Of a DNA stretch of 64,000 bases, positions 1 to 12,847 are shown piece after piece (the stretch's first letter is position 1; each line of letters opens with the position of its first letter). Origin of the DNA: Heptranchias perlo (Eukaryota); the NCBI RefSeq assembly GCF_035084215.1, contig NW_027139224.1, positions 248,001-312,000 of the forward strand, given 5' to 3'. The notes beneath the pieces are model-generated. The model was not told the origin of the DNA, made no database searches, and saw only the letters and a program-made list of their open reading frames with translations. The translations under genes were made by a program, and so were the position numbers.

Positions 1-3000
1 TTGAGGTGTCGAGGGACTGGAGGTCCATGGTGGGGGATGGAGGTGTAGAGGGACTGGAGGTCCATGGTGGGGGATGGAGGTGTCGAGGGACTGGAGGTCC
101 ATGGTGGGGGATGGAGGTGTAGAGGGACTGGGGGTCCATGGTGGGGGATGGAGGTGTAGAGGGACTGGGGGTCCATGGTGGGGGATGGAGGTGTAGAGGG
201 ACTGGAGGTCCTTGGTGGGGGATGGAGGTGTAGAGGGACTGGAGGTCCATGGTGGGGGATGGAGTTGTAGAGAGACTGGAGGTCCATGGTGGGGGATGGA
301 GGTGTCGAGGGACTGGAGGTCCATGGTGGGGGATGGAGGTGTAGAGGGACTGGGGGTCCATGGTGGGGGATGGAGTTGTAGAGGGACTGGAGTTCCATGG
401 TGAGGTATGGAGGTGTAGAGGGACTGGAGGTCCATGGTGAGGGATGGAGGTGTTGAGGGACTGGAGGTCCTTGGTGAAAGATGGAGGTGCAGAGGGACTG
501 GAGGTCCATGGTGGGGGATGGAGGTGTAGAGGGACTGGGGGTCCATGGTGGGGGATGGAGGTGTAGAGGGTCTGGAGGTCCATGGTGGGGGATGGAGGTG
601 TAGAGGGACTGGAGGTCCATGGTGAGGGATGGAGGTGTAGAGGGACTGAAGGTCCATGGTGGGGGATGGAGGCGTAGAGGGACTGGACGTCCATGGTGGG
701 GGATGGAGATGTCGAGGGACTGGAGGTCCATGGTGAGGGATGGAGGTGTCGAGGGACCGGAGGTCCATGGTGAGGGATGGAGGTGTAGAGGGACTAGAGG
801 TCCATGGTGGGGGATGGAGGTGTCGAGGGACTGGAGGTCCATGGTGGGTGATGGAGGTTTCGAGGGACTGGAGGTCCATGGTGGGGGATGGAGGTGTCGA
901 GGGACTGGGGGTCCATGGTGAGGGATGGAGTTGTAGAGGGACTGGAGGTCCATGGTGGGGGATGGAGGTGTCGAGGGACTGGAGGTCCATGGTGGGGGAT
1001 GGAGGTGTCGAGGGACTGGAGGTCCATGGTGGGGGATGGAGGTGTCGAGGGACTGGGGGTCCATGGTGGGGGATGGTGGTGTCGAGGGACTGGAGGTCCA
1101 TGGTGTGGGATGGAGGTGTAGAGGGACTGGGGGTCCATGGTGAGGGATGGAGGTGTCGAGGGACTGGGGGTCCATGGTGGGGGATGGTGGTGTCGAGGGA
1201 CTGGAGGTCCATGGTGGGGGATGGAGGTGTAGAGGGACTGGAGGTCCATGGTGGGGGATGGAGGTGTCGAGGGACTGGAGGTCCATGGTGAGGGATGGAG
1301 GTGTGGAGGGACTGGAGGTCCATGGTGGGGGATGGAGGTGTCGAGGGACTGGGGGTCCATGGTGGGAGATGGAGGTGTAGAGGGACTGGAGGTCCATGGT
1401 GGGGGATGGAGGTGTCGAGGGACTGGAGGTCCATGGTGGGGGATGGAGGTGTAGAGGGACTGGAGGTCCATGGTGGGGGATGGAGGTGTCGAGGGACTGG
1501 AGGTCCATGGTGAGGGATGGAGTTGTCGAGGGACTGGGGATCCATGGTGAGGGATGGAGGTGGAGAGGGATTGGGTGTCCATGGTGGGGGATGGAGGTGT
1601 AGAGGGACTGGAGGTCCATGGTGGGGGATGGAGGTGTCGAGGGACTGGAGGTCCATGGTGGGGGATGGAGGTGTAGAGGGACTGGAGGTCCATGGTGAGG
1701 GATGGAGGTGTAGAGGGACTGGAGGTCCATGGTGGGAGATGGAGGTGTAGAGGGACTGGAGGTCCATGGTGGGGGATGGAGGTGTCGAGGGACTGGGGGT
1801 CCATAGTGGGGGATGGAGGTGTAGAGGGACTGGAGGTCCATGGTGGGGGATGGAGGTGCAGAGGGACTGGGGGTCCATTGTGGGGGATGGAGGTGTAGAG
1901 GGACTGGGGGTCCATGGTGGGGGATGGAGGTGCAGAGGGACTGGGGGTCCATTGTGGGGGATGGAGGTGTAGAGGGACTGGTGGTCCATGGTGGGGGATG
2001 GAGGTGTAGAGGGACTGGAGGTCCAGGGTGAGGGATGGAGGTGTCGAGGGACTGGAGGTCCATGGTGGGGGATGGAGGTGTAGAGAGACTGGAGGTCCAT
2101 GGTGGAGGATGGAGGTGTAGAGAGACTGGAGGTCCATGTTGAGGGATGGAGGTGTAGAGGGACTGGAGGTCCATGGTGAAGGATGGTGGTGTGGAGGGAC
2201 TGGAGTTCCATGGTGAGGGATGGAGGTGTAGAGGGACTGGAGGTCCATGGTGGAGGATGGAGGTGTCGAGGGACTGGAGGTCCATGGTGAGGGATGGAGG
2301 TGTAGAGGGACTGGGCGTCCATGGTGGGGGATGGAGGTGTCGAGGGACTAGGGGTCCATGGTGAGGGATGGAGGTGTCGAGGGACTGGAGGTCCATGGTG
2401 AGGGATGGAGGTGTGGAGGGACTGGAGGTCCATGGTGGGGGATGGAGGTGTAGAGGGACTGGGGGTCCATGGTGAGGAATGGAGGTGTCGAGGGACTGGG
2501 GGTCCATGGTGGGGGATGGTGGTGTCGAGGGACTGGAGGTCCATGGTGGGGGATGGAGGTGTAGAGGGACTGGAGGTCCATGGTGGGGGATGGAGGTGTC
2601 GAGGGACTGGAGGTCCATGGTGAGGGATGGAGGTGTGGAGGGACTGGAGGTCCATGGTGGGGGATGGAGGTGTAGAGGGACTGGAGGTCCATGGTGGGTG
2701 ATGGAGGTGTAGAGGGACTGGAGGTCCATGGTGGGGGATGGAGGTGTAGAGGGACTGGAGGTCCATGGTGGGGGATGGAGGTGTCGAGGGACTGGAGGTC
2801 CATGGTGAGGGATGGAGGTGTAGAGGGACTGGGGGTCCATGGTGGGTGATGGAGGTGTCGAGGGACTGGAGGTCCATGGTGGGGGATGGAGGTGTCGAGG
2901 GACTGGAGGTCCATGGTGGGGGATGGAGGTGTAGAGGGACTGGAGGTCCATGTTGAGGGATGGAGGTGTAGAGGGACTGGAGGTCCAAGGTGGGGGATGG

Positions 3001-3770
3001 AGGTGTAGAGGGACTGGGGGTCCATGGTGAGGGATGGAGGTGTAGAGGGACTGGGGGTCCATGGTGAGGGATGGAGGTGTAGAGGGACTGGGGGTCCATG
3101 GTGGGGGATGGAGGTGTAGAGGGACTGGAGGTCCATGGTGAGGGATGGAGGTGTAGAGGGACTGGGGGTCCATGGTGAGGGATGGAGGTGTAGAGGGACT
3201 GGGGGTCCATGGTGAGGGATGGAGGTGTCGAGGGACTGGGGGTCCATGGTGGGGGATGGAGGTGTAGAGGGACTGGGGGTCCATGGTGAGGGATGGAGGT
3301 GTAGAGGGACTGGAGGTCCAGGGTGAGTGATGGAGGTGTACAGGGACTGGGGGTCCATGCTGGGGGATGGAGGTGTAGAGGGACTGGGGGTCCATGGTGG
3401 GGGATGGAGGTGTAGAGGGACTGGAGGTCCATGGTGAGGGATGGAGGTGTAGAGGGACTGGGGGTCCATGGTGGGGGATGGAGGTGTAGAGGGACTGGAG
3501 GTCCATGGTGAGGGATGGAGGTGTACAGGGACTGGGGGTCCATGGTGGGGGATGGAGGTGTAGAGGGACTGGGGGTCCATGGTGGGGGATGGAGGTGTAG
3601 AGGGACTGGAGGTCCATGGTGAGGGATGGAGGTGTAGAGGGACTGGGGGTCCATGGTGAGGGATGGAGGTGTAGAGGGACTGGAGGTCCATGGTGAGTGA
3701 TGGAGGTGTACAGGGACTGGAGGTCCATGGTGGGGGATGGAGGTGTAGAGGGACTGGAGGTCCATGGTGA
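1..3770. repeat. 37-bp G-rich minisatellite (GGAGGTCCATGGTGGGGGATGGAGGTGTAGAGGGACT)n, about 100 copies, extending past the window start
   Basis: 37-bp period read directly; it explains all the overlapping ORFs in 1-3.7 kb. Confidence 0.98.
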
Positions 3771-4975
3771 GAAGGAGGTAGAAGCGGGCCATGTGGGGTT
3801 GGGGGACGATGAGGTTGGAGGCCGTGGAGGGAAGATCTCCAGAGGAGATGAGGTCAGTGACGGTCTGGGAAACTATGGCTTGATGTTCGGCGGAGGGGTC
3901 ATGGTCCAGGGGGAGGTCGGAGGAGATTTTGGAGAATTGGCGTTCAGTCTCCGCAGGGTCGAGGTCTGTTCACCAAACAACAACAGCACCGCCCTTGTCA
4001 GCAGGTTTAATGACAATATCAGGGTTGGACCTGAGAGAACGGAGTGCTGCGAGTTCAGAGGGAGGGAGGTTAGAGTGAGTGAGGGGAGCAGAGAAATTGA
4101 GACGGCCGATGTCACACCGTCAGTTCGCAATGAAAAGATCGAGAGAGGGTAAGAGGCCAGAGGGAGGGGTCGAGGTGGAACGAGTATTCTGAAGACGGGG
4201 AAAGGGTCCACTGAGCGGGGGGAAGACTCCCGGCCAAAGAAGTGGGCGCGGAGGCGAAGGCAACGGAAGAAGAGCTCAGCATCGTGTGGAGCTGGAAATT
4301 CATTGAGGTGGGGACGGAAGGAGATGAAGCTGAGGCCTCTGCTGAGGACCGATCGTTCAGGGTCAGAGAGGGGGAAGGTCAGAGGGGAGAGTGAAAACAC
4401 GACTGAGGGTGAGATTGGAGGGAGGGATGGGGTCAGAGGAAGGGGAAGGGGAAGAAGGATCAGGAGGGGTGTTGGTATCTAAGAGTTGTTGAAGATTCCG
4501 GTCCCTGACACCTGAAAGGAGGAAGAAAAGTCTTTTGTTAAAATGCCGGATGAGGTGAAGGATGAAATGGAACCGCGTGTTCATTGTCTCCGTGTGATTT
4601 ATTTCAATTAGTGTTAATTGTATTCAGGTGGAGGGTATCAATTGAAGACTCTCTTCTATCCATTTATATACGAGCTGGTCGAGGGTGTGCACCGTGTGGA
4701 TCTCTGTCAATAAAGGTTTGGAAGCAACTGAAGACCAGGCTCCAATATTCTATCCCTCACTCCCAGGCGATCCAGTAAAAACACTGCGGACCAGGACAGC
4801 TGTGAGAGAGAGTGAGTCGGTGCTGTTGGAGACAGATGTTGAGAGCGAGCATGTGGCAGTGCATGGCGTTGAGCCTGGATCTCAGGAAGCAGCGAGAGCA
4901 GCGGATCGAGGAACACTGAATATCATGGAGATATCTGTAATCACGGGTGGATCTGAAACATGAAGGGTGGAATTC
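3771..4975 (-). mobile_element. Penelope-like retroelement fragment (N-terminal region up to the start of RT), interrupted by a solo LTR
   Basis: Minus-strand peptides ERSVLSRGLSF..HLNEF..DAELFFR.LRLRAHFFG, LDHDP, DLISSGDLPSTASNLIVPQPHMARFYLL; the reading continues across the 4578-4783 insert (SCPGP.FHFILHLIR). Confidence 0.75.
4578..4783 (+). mobile_element. Short solo LTR (about 206 bp) inserted in the Penelope fragment
   Basis: TGTT...AACA termini; flanks CCGCG/CTGCG (5-bp TSD, one mismatch); AATAAA near 4709; removing it restores the Penelope reading frame. Confidence 0.65.
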
Positions 4976-5009
4976 CGATGAACAATCCCCGATCGTTCCT
5001 CAATGAATC

Positions 5010-7282
5010 ATTCCATATCCAATTAGAGGGTGAGAAGGTTGGTTCTCAAACAAGCGTACTGAGCTTGAATAAAGGAGACTATGATGGTATGAGAGCGGAA
5101 TTGATTAAAGTGGACTGGGAAAATAGATTAAAGGGTAAGACGGTACATGAGCAGTGGTGTTCATTTAAGGAGTTATTTTACAACTTTCAAAAAATATATA
5201 TTCCACTGAGGAAAAAAGGGTGTGAAAGAAATGACAGCCATCCGTGGCTTTGTAAAGAAATTAAGGATAGCATCCGACTAAAAACAAGGACATATAAGGG
5301 AGCCAAACTTAGTGGGAGGATAGAAGATTGGGAAGTCTTCAAAAGACAGCAAAAAGTAACTGAAGGATTGATTAAGAAAGGGAAGATAGATTATGAAAAT
5401 AAATTAGCAAAAAATATAAAAACAGATCACAAGAGTTTCTATAGTTCCATAAAGAAAAAGGGTGGCTAAGGCAAACGTAGGTCCCTAAGAGGATGAGACT
5501 GGGAAATGAATGGTGGGAAACATGGAGATGGCAAAAATGCTGAACAAATATTTTGTTTCAGTCTTTACGGTAGAGGACACTAAGAATATCCCAACACTGG
5601 ACAAACAGGGGGCACTAGGGGGGGAGGAGCTAAATACGATAAAAATCACTAAGGAATTGGTACTCAGTAAAATAATGGGACTCAAGGCGGATAAATCCCC
5701 TGGACCTGATGGCTTACATCCGAGGGTCTTGAGGGAAGTGGCAGTAGGGATTGTGGATGCTTTGGTAATAATTTTCCAAAATTCTCTGGACTCGGCAAAG
5801 GTCCCGGCAGATTGGAAAACTGCTAATGTAACACCCTTATTTAAAAAGGGTAGTAGGCAGAAGGCTGGAAATTACAGACCAGTTAGCCTAACATCTGTGG
5901 TGGGTAAAATTTTGGAATCTATTATTAAGGAGACAGTAGCGGAACATTTGGATAAACATAATTTAATAGGACAAAGTCAGCATGGCTTTACGAAGGGGAA
6001 GTCATGTCTGACAAATTTGCTTGAGTTCTTTGAGGACATAACGTACAGGGTGGATAAAGGGGAACCAGTGGACGTAGTGTATTTAGACTTCCAGAAGGCA
6101 TTCGACAAGGTGCCACATAAAAGATTATTGCTCAAGATAAAGAATCACTGGATTGGGGGTAATATTCTGGCATGGGTGGAGGATTGGTTATCTAACAGGA
6201 AGCAGAGAGTTGGGATAAATGGTACATTCTCGGACTGGCAACCAGTAGCCAGCGGTGTTCCGCAGGGGTCGGTGCTGGGTCCCCAACTCTTTACAATCTA
6301 TATCAACGATTTGGAGGAGGGGACCGAGTGTAACATATCAAAGTTTGCAGATGATACAAAGATGGGAGGGAAAGTAGAGAGTGAGGAGGACATAAAAAAC
6401 CTACAAGGGGATATAGACAGGCTGGGTGAGTGGGCGGAGATTTGGTAGATGCAATACAATATTGGAAAATGTGAGGTTATGCACTTTGGCAGGAAAAATC
6501 AGAGAGCAAGTTATTATCTTAATGGCGAGAAACTGGAAAGTACTGCAGTACAAAGGGATCTGGGGGTCCGAGTGCAAGAAAATCAAAAAGTTAGTTTGCA
6601 GGTGCAGCAGGTGATCAAGAAGGCCAACGGAATGTTGGCTTTTATTGCTAGGGGGATAGAATAAAGAAACAGGGAGGTATTGCTGCAGTATATAAGGTAT
6701 TGGTGAGACCGCACCTGGAATACAGTTTTGGTGTCCATACTTAAGAAAAGACATACTTGCTCTCGAGGCAGTACAAAGAAGGTTCACTCGGTTAATCCCG
6801 GGGATGAGGGGGCGGACATATGAGGAGAGGTTGAGTAGATTGGGACTCTACTCATTGGAGTTCAGAAGAATGAGAGGCAATCTTTGAAACATATAAGATT
6901 GTGAATGGGCTTGATCGGGTGGATGCGGTAAGGATGTTCCCAAGGATGGGTGAAACTAGAACTCGGGGGCATAATCTTAGAATAAGGGGCTGCTCTTTCA
7001 AAACTGAGATGAGGAGAAACTTCTTCACTCAGAGGGTAGTAGGTCTGTGGAATTTGCTGCCCCAGGAAGCTGTGGAAGCTACATCATTAAATAAATTTAA
7101 AACAGAAATCGACAGTTTCCTAGAAGTAAAGGGAATTAGGGGTTACGGGGAGCGGGCAGGAAATTGGACATGAATTTAGATTTGAGGTTAGGATCAGATC
7201 AGCCATGATCTTATTGAATGGCGGAGCAGGCTCGAGGGGCCGATTGGCCTACTCCTGCTCCTATTTCTTATGTTCTTATGTT
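5010..7282 (+). mobile_element. CR1 LINE, 5'-truncated, with ORF2 RT broken by stops and frameshifts
   Basis: [44 protein letters not shown]; 3' tail ...CTCCTATTTCTTATGTTCTTATGTT. Confidence 0.95.
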
Positions 7283-7416
7283 TAATGCTCAGCTCCCTGT
7301 GCTCTTGTGTCTTTCACACTTCCTGTTTTCCCCTTTATATGAACATAAGAAATAGGAGCAGGATTGGCCATTCGGCCCCTCGATCCTGCTCCACCATTCA
7401 ATCAAATGGAAGGAGT

Positions 7417-8380
7417 CTTACAACACCAGGTTATAGTCCAACAGCTTTATTTGGAATCACAAGCTTTCGGAGCTTTCCTCCTTCGTCAGGTGAGTGTAGG
7501 ATTCCGTAAATGCACAGCATATATAGTCAGAGAACAATGCCTGGTGATTGCAGATAATCTTTCCAACTGCCCATTATCATACCTAGGCATAGATATAATC
7601 AAAGCAATCAAAGGAATGGATGGTGTTCATAAGAACATAAGAACATAAGAAACAGGAGCAGGAATAGGCCAATTGGCCCCTCGAGCCTGCTCCGCCATTC
7701 AATAAGATCATGGCTGATCTGATCCTAATCTCAAATCTAAATTCATGTCCAATTTCCTGCCCGCTCCCCGTAACCCCTAATTCCCTTTACTTCTAAAACT
7801 TTACTTCAGACAGAGAAACATTACATCCCAGACTACTGAATACACAAGCGGTCATAACACAAAGACAGAGAGAGAGAGAGAGAGCGAAACACCCGAAAGG
7901 CAGCGAAAGAGAGAGAATGACCAGTTGTATTAAAAACAGATAACTTTATTTGCTGGTGGGGTTACATGTAGCGTGACATGAACCCAAGATCCCGGTTGAG
8001 GCCGTCCTCATGGGTGCGGAACTTGGCTATCAATTTCTGCTCGACGATTTTGCGTTGTCGTGTGTCTCGAAGGCCGCCTTGGAGAACGCTTACCCGAAGA
8101 TCGGAGGCTGAATGTCCTTGACTGCTGAAGTGTTCCCCGACTGGGAGGGAACCCTCCTGTCTGGCGATTGTTGCGCGGTGTCCGTTCATCCGTTGTCGCA
8201 GTGTCTGCATGGTCTCGTCAATGTACCATGCTCCGGGGCATCCTTTCCTGCAACGTATGAGGTAGACAACGTTGGCCGAGTCACAGGAGTGTGAACCATG
8301 TACCTGGTGGGTGGTGTCCTCTCGTGTAATGGTGGTATCTGTGTCGATGATCTGGCTTGTCTTGCAGAGGTTGCCGTGGC
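7417..8380 (-). mobile_element. Penelope-like element, 3' part with GIY-YIG endonuclease
   Basis: ORF 7962-8402: CDSANVVYLIRCRKGCPGAWYIDET..TLRQRMNGH..VGEHF..EQKLIAKFRTHEDGLN (GIY-YIG layout; YIG reads YID). Confidence 0.85.
7628..7795 (-). mobile_element. CR1 3' tail nested in the Penelope 3' region
   Basis: Near-exact reverse complement of the 7120-7282 CR1 tail. Confidence 0.85.
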
Positions 8381-9197
8381 AGATGCAGTATAACGTGGAC
8401 AAATGTGAAGTTATCCACTTTGGAAGGAAAAACAGAAAGGCAGAGTATTATTTAAATGGTGATAGATTGGGGAATGTTGATGTACAAAGGGACCTGGGTG
8501 TCCTTGTACACCAGTCACTGAAAGCAAACATGCAGGTGCAGCAAGCAGTTAGGAAGGCAAATGGTGTGTTGGCCTTCATTGCAAGGGGATTTGAGTACAG
8601 GAGCAAAGATATCTTACTGCAGTTATACAGGGCCTTGGTGAGACCACGCCTGGAGTATTGTGTGCAGTTTTGGTCTCCTTACCTAAGAAAGAATACACTT
8701 GCCATAGAGGGAGTGCAGCGAAGGTTCACCAGACTGATTCCTGGGATGGCAGGACTGTCGGATGAGGAGAGATTGGGTCGACGAGGCCTGTATCCACTAG
8801 AGTTTAGAAGAATGAGAGGGGATCTCATTGAAACATATAAAATTCTGACCGGGCTAGAGAGACTGGATGCAGGGAGGATGTTTCCCCTGGCTGGGGGTCC
8901 AGAACGAGGGGTCACAGTCTCAGGATACGGGATAGGACTGAGATGAGGAGAAATTTCTTCACTCAGAGGGTGGTGAACCTGTGGAATTCTCTACCACAGA
9001 AGGCTGTGGAGGCCAAGTCACTGAATATATTTAAGAAGGAAATAGATAGATTTCTAGACACAGAAGGCATCATGGGGTATGGGGAGAGAGCGGGAATATG
9101 GGTTTGAGCTAGAGGATCAGCCATGATCATATTGAATGGCGGAGCAGGCTCGAAGGGCCGAATGGCCTACTCCTGCTCCTATTTTCTGTTTCTATGT
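8378..9197 (+). mobile_element. CR1 LINE 3' fragment
   Basis: WQMQYNVDKCEVIHFG, RDLGV, LEYCVQFWSP, RMRGDLIE; CR1 tail. Confidence 0.9.
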
Positions 9198-9950
9198 TTA
9201 CCCTGCTAGTTGCACCCTCAAAAAAACTCGAATAAATTTGTCAAAGATGATTTCCCTTACAAAAAACCATGCTGACTCTGCTCAATCATGTTATGATTTT
9301 CTAAGTGCTCTGTTACCACTTCCTTAATCATGGATTCCAGCATTTTCCCGATGACTGATGTCAGGCTAACTGGCCTGTAGTTCCCTGTTTTCTCTCTCCT
9401 TCCCATCTTGAATAGCGGGGTTACATTTGCTACCTTCCAATCCACCAGAACCGTTCCACAATCTGGAGAATTTTGGAAGATCACAACCAATGCATCCACT
9501 ATCTCTGCAGCCACCTCTTTTAGAACCCTTGGATGTCGGCCATCAGGTCCAGGGGATTTATCAGCATTTAGTCCCATTAGTTTGTCCAGTACTTTTTCTC
9601 TCGTGATATTAATTGTTTTAAGTTCCTCACTCTCATTTACCCCTTGGTTCTCCACTATTTCTGGTCTGCTTTTTGTGTCTTCTACTGTGAAGACAGATAC
9701 AAAATATTTCTTTAACGCATCTGCCATTTCCTTATTCCCCATTATAATTTCTCCTGTCTCAGCCTCTAAGGGACCCACGTTTACTTTTGCTACTCTCTTC
9801 CTTTTTACATAATTGTAGAAGCTCTTGCTATCCATTTTTATATTTCTTACTAATTTACTTTCATATTCTATTTTCTCCCTTTTTATCAATTTTTTGGTCA
9901 TCCTTTGTTGGTTTCTGAAGCTCTCCCAATCCTACTCTTCTTGGCAACAT
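9198..9950 (-). mobile_element. CR1 LINE internal ORF2 fragment
   Basis: ORF 9257-9901: [34 protein letters not shown]. Confidence 0.9.
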
Positions 9951-10058
9951 TTTTGAAGTCTTACAGAAGAACCCCACAATGAAGGAGAGGAAAGCTATGG
10001 GGGGAGAACAAGCTTTCACCAGGCCTCTGATTCCCCATCAGGAGAAGGCAATGGACAT

Positions 10059-11135
10059 TTTTAAAAAATTCGTTCATGGGATGTGGGCATCGCTAGCAAG
10101 GCCGGCATTTATTGCCCATCCCTAATTGCCCTTGAGATGGTGGTGGTGAGCCGCCTTCTTGAACTGCTGCAGTCCGTGTGGTGAAGGTTCTCCCACAGTG
10201 CTGTTAGGAAGGGAGTTTCAGGATTTTGACCCAGTGACGATGAAGGAACGGCGATATATTTCCAAGTCGGGATGGTGTGTGACTTGGAGGGGAACGTGCA
10301 GGTGGTGTTGTTCCCATGTACCTGCTGCCCTTGTCCTTCCAGGTGGTGGAGGTTGCGGGTTTGGGAGGTGCTGTCAAAGAAGCCTTGGCGAGTTGCTGCA
10401 GTGCATCCTGTGGATGGTACACACTGCAGCCACGGTGCGCCGGTGGTGAAGGGAGTGAATGTTTAGGGTGGTGGATGGGGTGCCAATCAAGTAGGGTGCT
10501 TTGTCCTGGATGGTGTCGAGCTTCTTGAGTGTTGGAGCTGCACTCATCCAGGCAAGTGGAGAGTATTCCATCACACTCCTGACTTGCGCCTTGTAGATGG
10601 TGGAAAGGCTTTGGGGAATCAGGAGGTGAGTCACTCGCCGCAGAATACCCAGCCTCTGACCTGCTCTCGTAGCCACAGTATTTACGTGGCTGGTCCAGTT
10701 AAGTTTCTGGTCAATGGTGACCCCCAGGATGTTGATGGTGGGGAATTCGGCGATGGTAATGTCGTTGAATGTCATGGGGAGATGGTTGGACTCTCTCTTG
10801 TTGGAGATGGTCATTGCCTGGCACTTGTCTGGTGCGAATGTTACTTGCCAGTTATCAGCCCAAGCCTGGATGTTGTCCAGGTCTTGTTGCATGTGGGCAC
10901 GGACTGCTTCATTATCTGGGGGGTTGCGAATGGAACTGAACACTGTGCAACCATCAGCGAACATCCCCATTTCTGACCTTATGATGGAGGGAAGGTCATT
11001 GATGGAGCAGCTGAAGATGGTTGGGTCGAGGACACTGCCCTGAGGAACTCCTGCAGCAGTGCTCTGGGGCTGAGATGATTGGCCTCCAACAACCACTACC
11101 ATCTTCGTTTGTGCTCGGTATGACTCCAGCCAATT
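10059..11135 (-). mobile_element. LINE of a second CR1-group family, 3' fragment
   Basis: [13 protein letters not shown] (degenerate FADD), WADNWQVTF, ILGVTIDQKL, VRSVMEYSP; same family and tail as 52688-54384. Confidence 0.88.
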
Positions 11136-11359
11136 GGGAGACCAATATCTGAAGGAGCGGAGGGAGAATTGACAGGGTCTGTGTCAGCTGAAGGTTTGAA
11201 GCTCGACATTTGATATATCATTTCCCATGATCCAAAAGCAACGTCAATACTGGATTCAGACTGAGGCCTCTCCTGTACACATTACATTCCAGCTCCCACA
11301 TCCAATCCCTCTTCCTGATCACCTTCCCTAAGTGGGCTCAAATCTCAAACAACAATGTT

Positions 11360-12697
11360 ACTAGAATCTGTTATCAGGGACAGAGTGACTGAGCATTTCA
11401 TTAAATATAATCTGATCAGAGAGAGCCAGTGTGGATTTGTAACGGGCAAGTCATGTCTAACGAACCTGGTGGAATTTTTTGCGTCAGTAACTAACGTGGG
11501 ATAAGGGAGTGTCTGTGGATATTATTTCTGTGGACTTTTCCAGAAGGTATTCGATAAGGTGCCACATAAGAGACTTAACAAAAATGAGAGTGGATGGAAT
11601 TGGAGGCTTGGATCGGGAATTGGTCAGGAGGTTGGAGACAGAGAGTGGGGATAATGGGAATGGACTCAGATTGGCAGGATGTGACTAGTGGTGTCCCCCA
11701 GGGATCTGTACTGGGGCATCAGCTTTTCACTCTATTTATAAATGATTTAGATGAAGGAATGGAGAGCTGTATATCTAAGTTTACTGATGACGCTAAGTTA
11801 GGTGGCAGAGTAATTAGTGTAGGTGGGAGCAGGAAGTGACAAAGGGACATTGAGAGATGAGTTGATCGATCGATAAAGTGAGTGGGTAAAACCGAGGCAG
11901 ATGGAGTTCAAAGTGAGGAAGTGTGAGATCATCGACTTTAGACCGAAGACAGATCAATCAGAGTATTTTCTAAATGGCGAGAAGTTTGGAACTGGAGAGG
12001 AACAGAGAGATTTGGGAGTCCAAGTACAGAAATCATTAAAAGCCAGTGGAGAGATACAAAAAGGATTGGGAAAGGCTAATGGAACGTTGGCTTTTATCTC
12101 GGGGGCTGGAATACAAAGGGGAGGAAGTTATGTTCCAGCTGTACAGAGCTCTGGTCAGACCACATCTGGAGACTGTGTTCAGTTCTGGGCACCGCACCTC
12201 AGGAAGGATAGATTGGCCTTGGAGGGGGTGCAGCCCAGATTCACCAGAATGATCCCGGGGTTTAAAGGGTTAAATTGCAAGGACAGGTTGTACAGACTAG
12301 GCTTGTATTCCCTTGAGTTTAGAAGATTAAGGGGTGATCTAATTGAGGTGTTTAAGATGATTAAAGGATTTGATAGGGTAGATAGAGAGAAACTATTTCC
12401 TCTGGTGGAGAGTCCAGAACAAGGGGGCATAACCTTAAAATTAGAGCTCGGCCGTTCAGGATGATGTCAGGAAGCATTTCTTCACACAAAGGGGAGTGGA
12501 AATCTGGAACTCTCTCCCCCAAAAAGCTGTTGAGACTGGGGGTCAATTGAAAATTACAAAACTGAGATTGATCGATTTTTGTTGGACACGGGTATTAAGG
12601 GTTACGGAACCAAGGCGGGAGATGGAGTTAAAATACAGATCAGCCATGATCTAATTGAATGATGGAACAGGCTCGAGGGGCTGAATGGCCTCCTCGT
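11360..12697 (+). mobile_element. Degenerate CR1 LINE 3' fragment
   Basis: [26 protein letters not shown]; CR1 tail. Confidence 0.88.
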
Positions 12698-12847
12698 GAT
12701 CCTATGTCCAATAATGATGGAGATGGAGGAAGAGGAATATAGGAATTGCTGGACGGAAAAAGACCAGGGTCCTCTCGTTCTCCTCCCGTTATCCTGGTGG
12801 TCACATGATACAATGATGATAGAGTTCACCAATCATAGCAATCAGAG

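Noticed and set aside
794-3691. 484-aa and 447-aa Pro/Ser/His-rich ORFs
   Set aside because: They are translations of a stop-poor 37-bp minisatellite cycling through frames.
5510-6448. RT ORF as a bacterial retron, group II intron or defence RT
   Set aside because: The motifs and 3' tail are those of vertebrate CR1 LINEs, and the copy is 5'-truncated and stop-interrupted.
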